Made by a program: the position numbers and the translations under genes
Notes under the pieces: model-generated
What the model was told of the DNA's origin: nothing
Seen by the model: only the letters and a program-made list of their open reading frames with translations
Database searches by the model: none
Origin: Candidatus Woykebacteria bacterium RBG_13_40_15
GTDB lineage: Bacteria; Patescibacteriota; Microgenomatia; Woykebacterales; RBG-16-39-9b
Assembly: GCA_001816655.1 (NCBI GenBank)
Contig: MHCP01000025.1
Span: forward strand, 14,428-78,427
DNA length: 64,000 bases
Direction: 5' to 3'
Shown here: piece by piece, positions 38,080-47,680 of the stretch
How the letters are laid out: each line of letters starts with the position of its first letter
Position numbering within the stretch: the first letter of the stretch is position 1

Positions 38080-40086
38080 CTAATCAGGTGATATTAGTTT
38101 GTTATCTTCCAATTTTGAACTTAAAAGAGGGAGGCTATCTTTTTTTAAAAGATTGTAAATAATTTCCGCTTCTTTCCTCACAGCGGCTATAAGTGGTAGG
38201 TCGCTAAGGGTTGCGATCTTAAAATCCAATAGTCCTGATTGCTCTGTTCCATAAAGTTGTCCAGGGCCTCGTAATTCAAGATCAATTTCGGCTAATTTAA
38301 GTCCGTTGTTGTAGCGAACAAGGGCATTTAAGCGCTTTTTTACTTGCTCGCTTGTATTTTCGGTAAATAACAGACAATAAGATTGTTTACTGCTTCGTCC
38401 GACTCGGCCTCTAAGTTGATGTAGTGAAGAGAGTCCAAATCTTTCTGCGGCTTCTATCATCATTATTGTAGCTCCTGGTATATCAATTCCTACTTCAACT
38501 ATTGGTGTAGCAACTAGAATCTGTTTTTGACCAGTTAGAAAATTGCGGAGAGTTTCTTCCTTTTCCTTTGATTTCATTCGCCCATGTAAAATACCAAGAG
38601 AAAATTCTGGGAACACCTCATTTTGAAGACGTTCGTACTCGTGCGTGGCTGCTTTCACACTTTTCAATGTTTCCGATAGGTCAACTAGTGGACAAATAAT
38701 AAATGCCTGTTCCCCAAGTGAGATTTTTTCTCTGATAAAGTCGTATGCTTTTAGTCTTTTTTCAGGATGTACGAAGTATGTTTTTATAGGGTACCTGCCT
38801 GGTGGGGGTGTATCAATAATTGAGATACTAAGATCGCCGTAAAGTGTAAGAGCAAGGCTTCGAGGTATTGGGGTAGCAGTCATTGTTAGAACGTGTGGCG
38901 AAAGCCCTTTTCCTCGTAGAACTGCTCGCTGTTCCACCCCAAATCGTTGCTGCTCATCTATTACAATAAATGCGAGTTTTTCAAAGCCAGTCTCACCAAA
39001 AATTAGAGCATGAGTTCCGATTAAGATATCGTATTCGGTTTTAGGCTTTTTTGTTGCCGTACAAAGCTCTATTTTGACGCCTAGCGGGGACAAAACAGTT
39101 TTAAAGGTATTATAGTGTTGAATTGCTAAAATCTCCGTTGGGGCCATTAAGGCCGTTTTAAAGCCATTAAGAAATACCAGATAAGAAGCAAGGGCAGCTA
39201 CGACTGTTTTACCACTTCCAACATCTCCTTGCAAAAGTCTGTTCATTGGTCTTTTTTGCGATAAATCGTAAATTATTTCCTTGAGCACTTTTTTCTGCGG
39301 GGCTGTTAAAGTAAAGGGTAGTTGTGAAATAACGGATAAAATTTTTTCTTGGTGAATTGTTAACGAAGCGGCCTCTTTTTTGTTCAAATATGACTTTCGG
39401 ACGAAAGCTTTTAGGTATGTTAAAAGGATTTCTTCAAATGCGATCCTTCGGCGTGCTTGTGTAATTTCGTTTAAGTCTCTTGGTTGATGGATTTGATCTA
39501 AAGCGTTCTTAATTGCAATTAAATTGTTCCTTTTCAAGGTTTCAAGGGGTAAAAACTCTTTTATCTTAGGTAGTAAGATTGGTAAAATTTCTTGTATTCG
39601 GCTGCGAATCCATTTTGATGTTAATCCGCTTGTTTCAGGATAAATCGGCACAAAACCTTGGGTGTGAATAGGCCTCTTCTTAAAATCTAGTATTTCGTAC
39701 TCTGGATTGATAAAAGTTAAGCGGTTTGAGAAAAAACCAACCTTTCCGGCTAGACTTATCTTTTGCCCAACCTTGAGAGTTTTTGTTAAAAAAGGTTGAT
39801 TAAACCAAACTGCTTCAATCGTGCCAGTAGAATCATTTAGTAGCATTTTTGTAATGATTTTTCTGTATCTCGTCACCAGATTCTTAACTTCGAGAATGCC
39901 TCCTTTGGTGGAAGATAAATCCCCTTCCCTTAGCTCACTTATTTTTTTAGGGTTGCCTATTTCTTCATAGCGGAACGGGAAATGATAAATTAAATCTCCG
40001 GCTACATTGATTTTCAGGTTTTTTAATCTACTGGAAGCAAATCTGCCGATTTTAGGAAGATCTTCAATTTTTGTTGAGAGATCCAT
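38080..40086 (-). CDS. recG: ATP-dependent DNA helicase RecG
   Basis: Wedge/OB N-terminal domain, Walker A GDVGSGKTVVA, DEQQRFGV, HQLRGRVGRS. Confidence 0.9.
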   Translation of the reverse strand: MDLSTKIEDLPKIGRFASSRLKNLKINVAGDLIYHFPFRYEEIGNPKKISELREGDLSSTKGGILEVKNLVTRYRKIITKMLLNDSTGTIEAVWFNQPFLTKTLKVGQKISLAGKVGFFSNRLTFINPEYEILDFKKRPIHTQGFVPIYPETSGLTSKWIRSRIQEILPILLPKIKEFLPLETLKRNNLIAIKNALDQIHQPRDLNEITQARRRIAFEEILLTYLKAFVRKSYLNKKEAASLTIHQEKILSVISQLPFTLTAPQKKVLKEIIYDLSQKRPMNRLLQGDVGSGKTVVAALASYLVFLNGFKTALMAPTEILAIQHYNTFKTVLSPLGVKIELCTATKKPKTEYDILIGTHALIFGETGFEKLAFIVIDEQQRFGVEQRAVLRGKGLSPHVLTMTATPIPRSLALTLYGDLSISIIDTPPPGRYPIKTYFVHPEKRLKAYDFIREKISLGEQAFIICPLVDLSETLKSVKAATHEYERLQNEVFPEFSLGILHGRMKSKEKEETLRNFLTGQKQILVATPIVEVGIDIPGATIMMIEAAERFGLSSLHQLRGRVGRSSKQSYCLLFTENTSEQVKKRLNALVRYNNGLKLAEIDLELRGPGQLYGTEQSGLLDFKIATLSDLPLIAAVRKEAEIIYNLLKKDSLPLLSSKLEDNKLISPD

Positions 40087-40188
40087 TTAATTGGACAGTA
40101 AAAGTAGGAATGGCGACACTATTAATCCTAAAGCTACTATTGCAGCAATTATTGTCCAAATCCATTTATTTTTTCTTATAAAATTCAT
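40087..40188 (-). CDS. candidate 33-aa hydrophobic peptide translationally coupled to recG
   Basis: MNFIRKNKWIWTIIAAIVALGLIVSPFLLLLSN. SD gaggag lies 5 nt upstream of the ATG. Its TAA stop is immediately followed by the recG ATG (taaATG), and its ATG is 1 nt after the tyrS stop. Confidence 0.4.
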   Translation of the reverse strand: MNFIRKNKWIWTIIAAIVALGLIVSPFLLLLSN

Positions 40189-40189
40189 A

Positions 40190-41413
40190 TCAACTCCTCA
40201 TTATTTCTACAGCTTTAAGTTTGCCGATTTGAACTATAGTACCGATCTCGACATCGATTAATTGATTCGGGTTGACAATCTTTTCTCCATTACTTTTTAC
40301 ACCACCCTGTTCAATTAAACGCTTTGCTTCGCTACGGCTAGACGCCATCTCTAAATTCATAATAAGATCAAGGGCCTTTATTTTGCCAGTTTTAGAACCA
40401 ACCTTTTTTGTTTCCGGTACTCCACCTTCTTGAAAAACTCTTTCAAATTCATTCTGAGCGTTTTTTGCTTCAGATTCTCCATGGTAAATTTTTACAATCT
40501 CTAAGGCCAAGTTAATTTTAGCATCACGTGGGTTGATTGTGCTATTTTTTAGAGATTCTTCAATTTTTGAAATTTCATCTAGGCCAACATCTGTTAGGAG
40601 AGTAAAATATTTCACTATTAAGTCATCTTTGATCGACATTATTTTCCCGAACATTTGGTTTGGTTCTTCGTTTAAGTCAATTGTGTTCCCAAAGCTCTTA
40701 CTCATTTTTCTGCCATCAGTTCCTTCGAGAAGCGGGATGGTTATAACAAACTTTTCTTTTTTTTCCTTTATTTTCATAAATTCTCTGCCTACCAGCATGT
40801 TAAAAGTCTGGTCGGTACCTCCTATCTCCACATCCGTATCAATTGCAACACTGTCGTAACCTTGGAGTATTGGGTACAAAAACTCAGAGGCGGCGATTGG
40901 TCGTCTCTTTTCTATTCGCTCTTGAAACATATCTCTCTCAAGAAGTTGTTGCACGGTAAAATGTGAGAGCATTTCTAGTATTTCTGGCGCTTTCACCTTG
41001 TCCCACCAATTGGAGTTAAAAAATATTTCCGGTGGGTTTTTTTTAAAATCTAAGATTTTTCCTACCAGCGATTTGTATGAGGAAGAATTTTCTAAGACTT
41101 GTCTACGTGTTAGAGGTTTGCGTTGGGTATCTTTTCCCGAAGGGTCCCCTACCATTCCGGTGAAATCACCAAAAACTAGAATTATTTTATGTCCAAGTTT
41201 TTGAAACTGGGCCAGCTTCCTTAAAATAATAGAATGTCCTAAGTGAATACTTGTGCTGGTTGGGTCTATCCCGTTATAAATTCTTAATTTTTGCCTACGA
41301 AGTTTTTCTAAAAGTAGGTTTCTTGATGGATAAATAGAATCCACTCCGCGGGATAATACACTCTCGAGCCCATCCATGCTTTTCATATTATATTTTTTTG
41401 TGGTAAAATACAA
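40190..41413 (-). CDS. tyrS: tyrosyl-tRNA synthetase (with C-terminal S4 domain)
   Basis: HLGHSI (HIGH) and KMSKS motifs, C-terminal S4-like RNA-binding domain. The true start is possibly the internal MKSMDG or MDGLES. Confidence 0.9.
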   Translation of the reverse strand: MYFTTKKYNMKSMDGLESVLSRGVDSIYPSRNLLLEKLRRQKLRIYNGIDPTSTSIHLGHSIILRKLAQFQKLGHKIILVFGDFTGMVGDPSGKDTQRKPLTRRQVLENSSSYKSLVGKILDFKKNPPEIFFNSNWWDKVKAPEILEMLSHFTVQQLLERDMFQERIEKRRPIAASEFLYPILQGYDSVAIDTDVEIGGTDQTFNMLVGREFMKIKEKKEKFVITIPLLEGTDGRKMSKSFGNTIDLNEEPNQMFGKIMSIKDDLIVKYFTLLTDVGLDEISKIEESLKNSTINPRDAKINLALEIVKIYHGESEAKNAQNEFERVFQEGGVPETKKVGSKTGKIKALDLIMNLEMASSRSEAKRLIEQGGVKSNGEKIVNPNQLIDVEIGTIVQIGKLKAVEIMRS

Positions 41414-41425
41414 CTTACAAAAATT

Positions 41426-43951
41426 ATGAATCCTTCCTTTATTCCAGTTCCCCCGAGGTTGAGCAGTATTTTATCTCGGAGGAGATCTCGTAGACTAAAG
41501 TTAAAGCTTTTTAGTAGTTTTGTTACGGCTGGTTTTATCTTATTTATTGTTACGCTAGTTGGTGCTAGTATTGCATTTGGTTTTTTCGCGCGCAATCTTC
41601 CCTCACCAAATAAACTTTCTGATCACAATTTCAGCCAATCAACTAAAATTTACGACCGAAACGGTACATTGCTTTACAATATTTACGGTGATGAAAATCG
41701 TACTTTGGTTAAATTAGATAAGGTCCCGGCTGATTTAAGAAATGCGACAGTTGCGATTGAGGACAAACGTTTTTACAAACACAGGGGGTTTGATATTGTT
41801 GAGTACATCCGGGCCATAAAGGAGATTGTCGTTGACCACAGATTAACCGGAGCTTCCACAATTACTCAACAGCTTGTAAAGAATAGTTTACTTACCTCCG
41901 AACGCACTCTGACCAGAAAGGTTAAGGAACTCATTTTATCCATTCAAATTGAGAGGAGGTACAGTAAGGATGAAATTTTGCAGATGTATTTAAATGAGGT
42001 GCCTTATGGAGGGACCTCTTGGGGTACAGAAGCAGCTGCTAATCAATACTTCGGAAAACATACTTGGGAACTGAATTTGGTTGAGTGCGCAATTCTCGCT
42101 GGTTTGCCCCAAAGCCCGACCGCTTACTCGCCATTTGGGCTAAATTCAAGAGCTTACATCAATAGAACAAAAGATGTTTTACGTAGAATGAGGGAGGATG
42201 GTTATATAACCTCCGACCAAGAGAAAAAAGCAGTAAAAGCATTGCCGAATGTAAAGTTTGCGAGTTTTGGCCAGGATATTAAAGCCCCCCACTTTTCTAT
42301 ATATGTTAAAACCTTGCTTGAGGAAAAATACGGGCCAAGACTTGTTCAAGAAGGCGGTTTTCAAGTTACCACAACATTAGATTTAAAGCTGCAAGACATG
42401 GCGCAGAAAGCTGTAACAGATCAAGTGGCAGCCGAGAAATATTTAACGGTAAGCAACGGTGCTGCAGTGATTGAAAATGTCAAAACAGGGGAAATTTTAG
42501 CTTGGGTTGGGTCTAAAGACTACTTTGCAAAAGACATTCCAGGGAAGTTTGATATTGTTTCCCAGGCCATTAGGCAACCGGGAAGTGCCCTTAAGCCATT
42601 TAATTATTTAACTGGGTTTGAAAAAGGGTATGCCAACCCAGCAACTATGTTTATAGATACGCGGACGGACTTTGGTGGTGGTTACAGACCGGGAAATTAT
42701 GACGATCGAGAGCACGGACCGCTTCCAGTTCGAATTGCGCTTGGTAACTCATACAACATTCCTGCGGTAAAAATGCTTGCTGTTAATGGTGTGGAAAATG
42801 TAATCGATACGCTGAAGCGATTTGGGATTACGACTTTAAATGACCCATCTCAATATGGGCTTTCTTTGACTTTGGGGGGAGGAGCGATAAAATTACTAGA
42901 ACTGACAAATGCTTACGCAATTTTAGGAAATCAGGGTAAGGTTGTTAGCCCACAGGTGATACTAAAGGTTACTGATTCCAACGGTAGGGTTATCGAGGAA
43001 TTTAAACCGTCAAAGGACCAAAAAGAAGCAACTGATCCGGAACATGCCTATTTAATCAATAATATTTTATCAGACCCAACTGCAAAATATATGGGGTATG
43101 GTACATACTGGGCGCATCTCCTTAATTTTAGGCCAGACGTAGCAGTAAAAACTGGTACCAGCGAGCAAAAAATTGATAACTGGACGTTTGGGTATAGCCC
43201 TTCTTATGTAGTCGGTACTTGGGTTGGAAATAACGACAACTCACCTATGAACCCAGCTCTTTCCTCTGGTATTACAGGAGCGGCACCTATCTTTCGTATA
43301 ATTTCTACCAATCTTTGGGCTGGTAAACCCGTGGATTCTTGGAATAGGCCAGCTGGGGTTGTGGATGCAAAAGTTGATGCCTTGACCGGAATGAAACCAG
43401 GCAAACACAGCGGTTCATTGAAAACTGAAATTTTTGCTAAATGGCAAATTCCAACCCAGGAAGATGATATGCATAAAGAAGCTAGAATCTGTATTCCTAG
43501 CGGATTAGTAGCCAATTCATCTTGTGAGGCTGCTGGCAAAGCTACCACAAAGCTTTTTCTTGCAATGTACGATCCTTATACAAAAATGTTTATGCCTTCT
43601 TTCCGTTACTGTCCAGCAGGTTGTCCTCCTACAACTACAGATACAGGTATCTATACTCCCAAGGCAGATAAACTAAGTGTTGTTATCTCTTCACCACAAG
43701 ATAATGCTGAGGTTACATCTGACTTTACAGTTAGCGCTAATATAGCAGGTCCGACAAGTATAGATAAAGCCTGGTTTTACCTGGATGGGGATCTTACTGA
43801 AAAAATAAACTCTCCCTCATCATCAATAAAATATAAATTTACTGGTGTTGCTGATGGTGATCATATTGTCGTTGTGTGGGTGCATGATTCCGCTGGAGAT
43901 ACTGCGGAAGAAACTATAAATATTAAAGTCCAAAACACTCCCGGTCCATAA
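41426..43951 (+). CDS. bifunctional penicillin-binding protein 1A (GT51 transglycosylase + transpeptidase) with C-terminal Ig-like domain
   Basis: N-terminal TM. GT51 motifs VAIEDKRFYKHRGFD, TITQQL. TPase SALKPF (SxxK), SYN, KTGT. Confidence 0.9.
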   Translation: MNPSFIPVPPRLSSILSRRRSRRLKLKLFSSFVTAGFILFIVTLVGASIAFGFFARNLPSPNKLSDHNFSQSTKIYDRNGTLLYNIYGDENRTLVKLDKVPADLRNATVAIEDKRFYKHRGFDIVEYIRAIKEIVVDHRLTGASTITQQLVKNSLLTSERTLTRKVKELILSIQIERRYSKDEILQMYLNEVPYGGTSWGTEAAANQYFGKHTWELNLVECAILAGLPQSPTAYSPFGLNSRAYINRTKDVLRRMREDGYITSDQEKKAVKALPNVKFASFGQDIKAPHFSIYVKTLLEEKYGPRLVQEGGFQVTTTLDLKLQDMAQKAVTDQVAAEKYLTVSNGAAVIENVKTGEILAWVGSKDYFAKDIPGKFDIVSQAIRQPGSALKPFNYLTGFEKGYANPATMFIDTRTDFGGGYRPGNYDDREHGPLPVRIALGNSYNIPAVKMLAVNGVENVIDTLKRFGITTLNDPSQYGLSLTLGGGAIKLLELTNAYAILGNQGKVVSPQVILKVTDSNGRVIEEFKPSKDQKEATDPEHAYLINNILSDPTAKYMGYGTYWAHLLNFRPDVAVKTGTSEQKIDNWTFGYSPSYVVGTWVGNNDNSPMNPALSSGITGAAPIFRIISTNLWAGKPVDSWNRPAGVVDAKVDALTGMKPGKHSGSLKTEIFAKWQIPTQEDDMHKEARICIPSGLVANSSCEAAGKATTKLFLAMYDPYTKMFMPSFRYCPAGCPPTTTDTGIYTPKADKLSVVISSPQDNAEVTSDFTVSANIAGPTSIDKAWFYLDGDLTEKINSPSSSIKYKFTGVADGDHIVVVWVHDSAGDTAEETINIKVQNTPGP

Positions 43952-43962
43952 GCCCCTTACCG

Positions 43963-45975
43963 CTAACTAAGATTAGATGTACGTGGCTGGGCACCAATTT
44001 TTTTCAGGTCGGTTAATATTTTACCCCTAATTTTAGTTACTAATTTTTTATCTAATGTATTTTTCTGGCTGTAATATTCTAGTCCTATTAAAACAGAACG
44101 CTGGCCTTTTATGTTTGTATCTTCGAATAAAGACATTTTATAAAGATTGTTGCCCGCAGAGTTCTTAATGGATTCTGAGATAGATTGGAAGGGCAAGTTG
44201 TTTTGAAGGAATAAGGATAACTCTTCCTTAACAACTGGAAATTTTGGAATTTGGGTGTAGCGTTTTTCTTTTTGCCTCGCCTGTAAAGCTTCTAGGTCTA
44301 GTTCAAACCAAAAAGTGGGACTCGATATTTCGAACTTACCGAGAATGGAACTATCAATCTTGCCAAATTCTCCTATCGACCCTGTTCCGATAAGAACCAT
44401 GCTAGCTTCTTTTCCAAATCTACTGGTTTCGGTCAACTGTTTAAATGTAAAACCAGAAATGTTTAATTTTTTAAGAAAAGTTTCTAAAGCCCCTTTAGCG
44501 GATCTAAAATCACTATCTACAAAAATGGCCGCGATTTTCTTTGGTTGGTTAGGAAGGCCATTTTTTCCAATGTCTTTAGTAAAAACCCTTCCCAACTCAA
44601 ATAACGAGAATTTCTTGAAATTTTCTATGTTTAATTTCGCCGCTAGGAGTATTCCTACTAATAAGGTTGGTCTTAAATACTCATAATCAAAAATTAGCCT
44701 ATTTGCAACCCTTAAGCACTCCTCGCTATCAAATCCCAAATCTTCAACTGTCAAAAGACTTGTTAGGGTACTTGAGTATATTTCCTGCAGTCCTAATGAT
44801 ATTAAAATTTGTTTTACTTTTCTTTCAAAATCAATGTAGTTCAATTCACTGGTTGGTAGAGGGCCGACTGGCAGGGTTTTTGGGAACTTGTTGTAGCCAT
44901 AAATGCGGCCTATTTCTTCTATGAGGTCGATAGGTTCGTGAATATCTGTTCGGAAGGATGGAACACCAACAATAACCGTTTTTCCTTCCGCTTGAGATTC
45001 CAATTTAGTTTCGAAGTTTAGACGTGACAGTATGCTGCAGACTTCTTTTTCTGCAATTGTTACACCTAAAGTATCGCTTACTAAAGAGAGAGGTAGTTTG
45101 ACATAGTGCTCTTTTGCTGGGTAACCGACGCTCTCAATAGTAGAAGCTAATTTTCCTCCAGCTAGAGGTTTCATTAAGGAGTAAGCTCGCTCAAAAGCGT
45201 ATCGGTGGGCTGCCGGATCCAATTTCTTTTCAAATCTGTTCGATGCCTCAGTTCGTAGCCCCAAAGCCTGTGAGGCGCGCCGTACAGAAAGAGAATCGTA
45301 TACTGGTACATGTAGCACTACTGTTTTAGTGTTTTTATCTATTTCACTTGAAGCTCCTCCCATAAGCCCCGCTAAATCAATTAGTTTTTCAGAATCTTCG
45401 ATAATTATTGCACCACTGGGAAGCTTTCGTTCCACTCCGTCTAGCGTAGTAACAGCTTCTCCTTCTTTTGAACTGCGTAGTACCATTTTTCCCTTGATTT
45501 TATCGTAATCAAAAGCATGCATTGGTTGTCCGGTTTCGGTCATGACATAGTTTGTGATATCGACTATATTGGATAAGCTTCTGATACCGGATTTTTCTAG
45601 CCTTTCTGAAAGCCACATAGGCGATTGGGAAACCTTTAGTTCATCAATAATTCCAATACTGTAGTATGGACACAAGCTTTTGTCCAAAACAGCTAGATTT
45701 ATCTTTTTTGTACTTTCAATTTCCTTCTGTGTCTCAGAAAATGCCGCTGGGACAGTCAGCCGCCGGTTGTAAATAGCAGCAACCTCTCTTGCTATCCCAA
45801 TTATTGAGAGACAATCTGATCGATTTGGGGTAATTTCAAAATCAAAAATTACATCTTCCTTTTCTTTTTCAACACTTTCAACCTTTGTGCCTGATAACAA
45901 TAAATCTTCAGCAAGTCTTTCGGTTCCCTCTTTTATTTCGACGTATTCTTTTAACCAAGAAAGCGGTACTTTCAT
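43963..45975 (-). CDS. pheT: phenylalanyl-tRNA synthetase beta subunit
   Basis: MKVPLSWLKEYVEI... B3/B4, B5 and catalytic-like domains. Short form lacking the N-terminal tRNA-binding domain. Confidence 0.9.
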   Translation of the reverse strand: MKVPLSWLKEYVEIKEGTERLAEDLLLSGTKVESVEKEKEDVIFDFEITPNRSDCLSIIGIAREVAAIYNRRLTVPAAFSETQKEIESTKKINLAVLDKSLCPYYSIGIIDELKVSQSPMWLSERLEKSGIRSLSNIVDITNYVMTETGQPMHAFDYDKIKGKMVLRSSKEGEAVTTLDGVERKLPSGAIIIEDSEKLIDLAGLMGGASSEIDKNTKTVVLHVPVYDSLSVRRASQALGLRTEASNRFEKKLDPAAHRYAFERAYSLMKPLAGGKLASTIESVGYPAKEHYVKLPLSLVSDTLGVTIAEKEVCSILSRLNFETKLESQAEGKTVIVGVPSFRTDIHEPIDLIEEIGRIYGYNKFPKTLPVGPLPTSELNYIDFERKVKQILISLGLQEIYSSTLTSLLTVEDLGFDSEECLRVANRLIFDYEYLRPTLLVGILLAAKLNIENFKKFSLFELGRVFTKDIGKNGLPNQPKKIAAIFVDSDFRSAKGALETFLKKLNISGFTFKQLTETSRFGKEASMVLIGTGSIGEFGKIDSSILGKFEISSPTFWFELDLEALQARQKEKRYTQIPKFPVVKEELSLFLQNNLPFQSISESIKNSAGNNLYKMSLFEDTNIKGQRSVLIGLEYYSQKNTLDKKLVTKIRGKILTDLKKIGAQPRTSNLS

Positions 45976-45976
45976 A

Positions 45977-46966
45977 TTAAAATTGCTTCAAAAAACGAAG
46001 ATCGCTGTTATACAGACTTCTAATATCGCTAATCCCGTATTTGAGCAGGGCGAGTCTATCTGGGCCCATCCCAAACGCCCAACCCCTGAATTTGTTTGGG
46101 TCAATTCGGCCATTTTTTAAGACAATTGGATTAACCATTCCTGCACCCAATATCTCGAGCCAACCCTTGCCTGGGTAATAAACCTCCATTTCGATTGAAG
46201 GTTCTGTATAAGCAAAATGGTGACCGTAAACTCTAGTTTTTAAATTCTTTCCAAAGAATGATTTCGCAAAGTAGTCTAGTGTGCCAATCAAATCAGACAT
46301 TTTGGAGGCATCATCGATGAGCAGCCCTTCTATTTGATAGAAAGAGGGAAGATGGGTGCTGTCTGGCATATCGCGTCGGTAGCAGCGACCTGGAAATAAC
46401 ACTCTTATTGGCGGCTTGTGGTCCTCCATATACCTAACCTGCATACTACTTGTGTGGGTTCGAAGTAGTAACTCATCGTTAATATAGTATGTCTGTTGTA
46501 CGTCTCTTGCGGGATGATTTTGGGGCATATTGAGCTTTTGAAAGTTGTATGCATCTAGCTCAACTTCGGGTCCGTCAATCCAAGAAAATCCGAGGGAGTG
46601 GAAAATTTCCTTAACTTCATCAATTACTGAAGTTAGCGGGTGTGTGCCGCCTAGATCGATTTCTTTTCCGGGAGTAGTTAAATCAACTGAGGACTCTTTT
46701 TTAATCGATACGGGTTTTGCTTGCTGGTTTAATAACTGCTCAAGTTTTGTTCTGAGTTTATTTATTTTTGTTCCAATTCCTGCTTTTTGTTCTTTTGGTA
46801 ATTTCGGAATCTGTTTAGTAACATTTTGTAAAATACCCCTCCTTCGTCCAAAATATTTGATACGTATCTTTTCTAAAGCCGCACCCGTTTTTGCTTGGGA
46901 AAGTTCTTTTAAAGCTAGTCGTTCGATTTCATTGAGGTCTAGTACCATAAGAACTAATTCTAACAT
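45977..46966 (-). CDS. pheS: phenylalanyl-tRNA synthetase alpha subunit
   Basis: Class II motifs (HPARDVQQTYY, FPGRCYRRD, GAGMVNP...GWAFGMGPDRLA). Confidence 0.9.
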   Translation of the reverse strand: MLELVLMVLDLNEIERLALKELSQAKTGAALEKIRIKYFGRRRGILQNVTKQIPKLPKEQKAGIGTKINKLRTKLEQLLNQQAKPVSIKKESSVDLTTPGKEIDLGGTHPLTSVIDEVKEIFHSLGFSWIDGPEVELDAYNFQKLNMPQNHPARDVQQTYYINDELLLRTHTSSMQVRYMEDHKPPIRVLFPGRCYRRDMPDSTHLPSFYQIEGLLIDDASKMSDLIGTLDYFAKSFFGKNLKTRVYGHHFAYTEPSIEMEVYYPGKGWLEILGAGMVNPIVLKNGRIDPNKFRGWAFGMGPDRLALLKYGISDIRSLYNSDLRFLKQF

Positions 46967-46981
46967 AGTCGAGGCTAGTTT

Positions 46982-47050
46982 GAAAGAAAAAAATTAGTCC
47001 TAAGATGGGAAGCTCACGCCTGCCCTACATGAGCTCCCCGACATAGGACT
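46982..47050 (-). terminator. long imperfect hairpin (about 25 bp) plus U-tract in the pheS leader / rplT trailer
   Basis: agtcctaagatgggaagctca...tgagctccccgacataggact pairs almost perfectly. On the minus strand it is followed by aatttttttctttc, about 30 nt upstream of the pheS ATG. Confidence 0.6.
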
Positions 47051-47060
47051 AATTGTGACT

Positions 47061-47089
47061 ATTATAACAGGAAATATGTGAATTGTCAA
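47061..47089 (-). promoter_or_regulatory. perfect sigma70 consensus promoter (TTGACA-17-TATAAT) reading toward pheS
   Basis: Minus strand ttgacaattcacatatttcctgttataat. The predicted TSS falls at the 5' base of the hairpin above. Confidence 0.55.
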
Positions 47090-47122
47090 CCACTATAGGG
47101 CGGAGAAATTATTAGCTATGGG

Positions 47123-47476
47123 TTATATGTGGGTCTTTGCCTCTTCGACAATTTGTTTGAAGGTTTTTTCGTCGCTTGCTGCTATCTCGGATAAGATTTT
47201 ACGATCAAGCTGAATCTTAGCAGAGGATAAGCCTTTAATAAAATTACTGTAGGTTAAATTGTGGTTTTTAAGAGCAGCGTTTATTTGAACGATCCAAAGC
47301 GTTCTTTTTTGTCTTTTTCTCTCTTTACGTCCTGAAAAAGCGTACGCTCCTGCGTGCATCACAGCTTCTTTAGCTACTTTAAAAAGCTTGCTTTTCGTTC
47401 CCCTGAAGCCCTTTGCTGCTTTTAAAATTTTTTTATGTTTTCTATTTACAGTGGTTCCTCTTCTTATCCTTGCCAT
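47123..47476 (-). CDS. rplT: 50S ribosomal protein L20
   Basis: MARIRRGTTVNRKHKKILKAAKGFRG... Confidence 0.9.
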   Translation of the reverse strand: MARIRRGTTVNRKHKKILKAAKGFRGTKSKLFKVAKEAVMHAGAYAFSGRKERKRQKRTLWIVQINAALKNHNLTYSNFIKGLSSAKIQLDRKILSEIAASDEKTFKQIVEEAKTHI

Positions 47477-47478
47477 TT

Positions 47479-47670
47479 TTATACTCCTAATATCTTTTTA
47501 TACTTTTTTCTAAATCCCCCAGTTATTGATTGTGGTTCATTTTGTCTGCGCAGTCGCCTTTTTGATTTTTTCGTTTTTAAGTGTGACGAATAAGCATGCC
47601 CACGCAATATTTTTTTTGATCCTGTTACCTTGAATCTTTTTTCAGCTGTCTTTCTGGATTTCTGTTTCAT
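47479..47670 (-). CDS. rpmI: 50S ribosomal protein L35
   Basis: MKQKSRKTAEKRFKVTGSKKILRGHA matches the L35 N-terminus. The track ORF is extended 13 codons upstream, so the internal Met is the likely start. Confidence 0.8.
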   Translation of the reverse strand: MKQKSRKTAEKRFKVTGSKKILRGHAYSSHLKTKKSKRRLRRQNEPQSITGGFRKKYKKILGV

Positions 47671-47680
47671 AAAAAGTATC

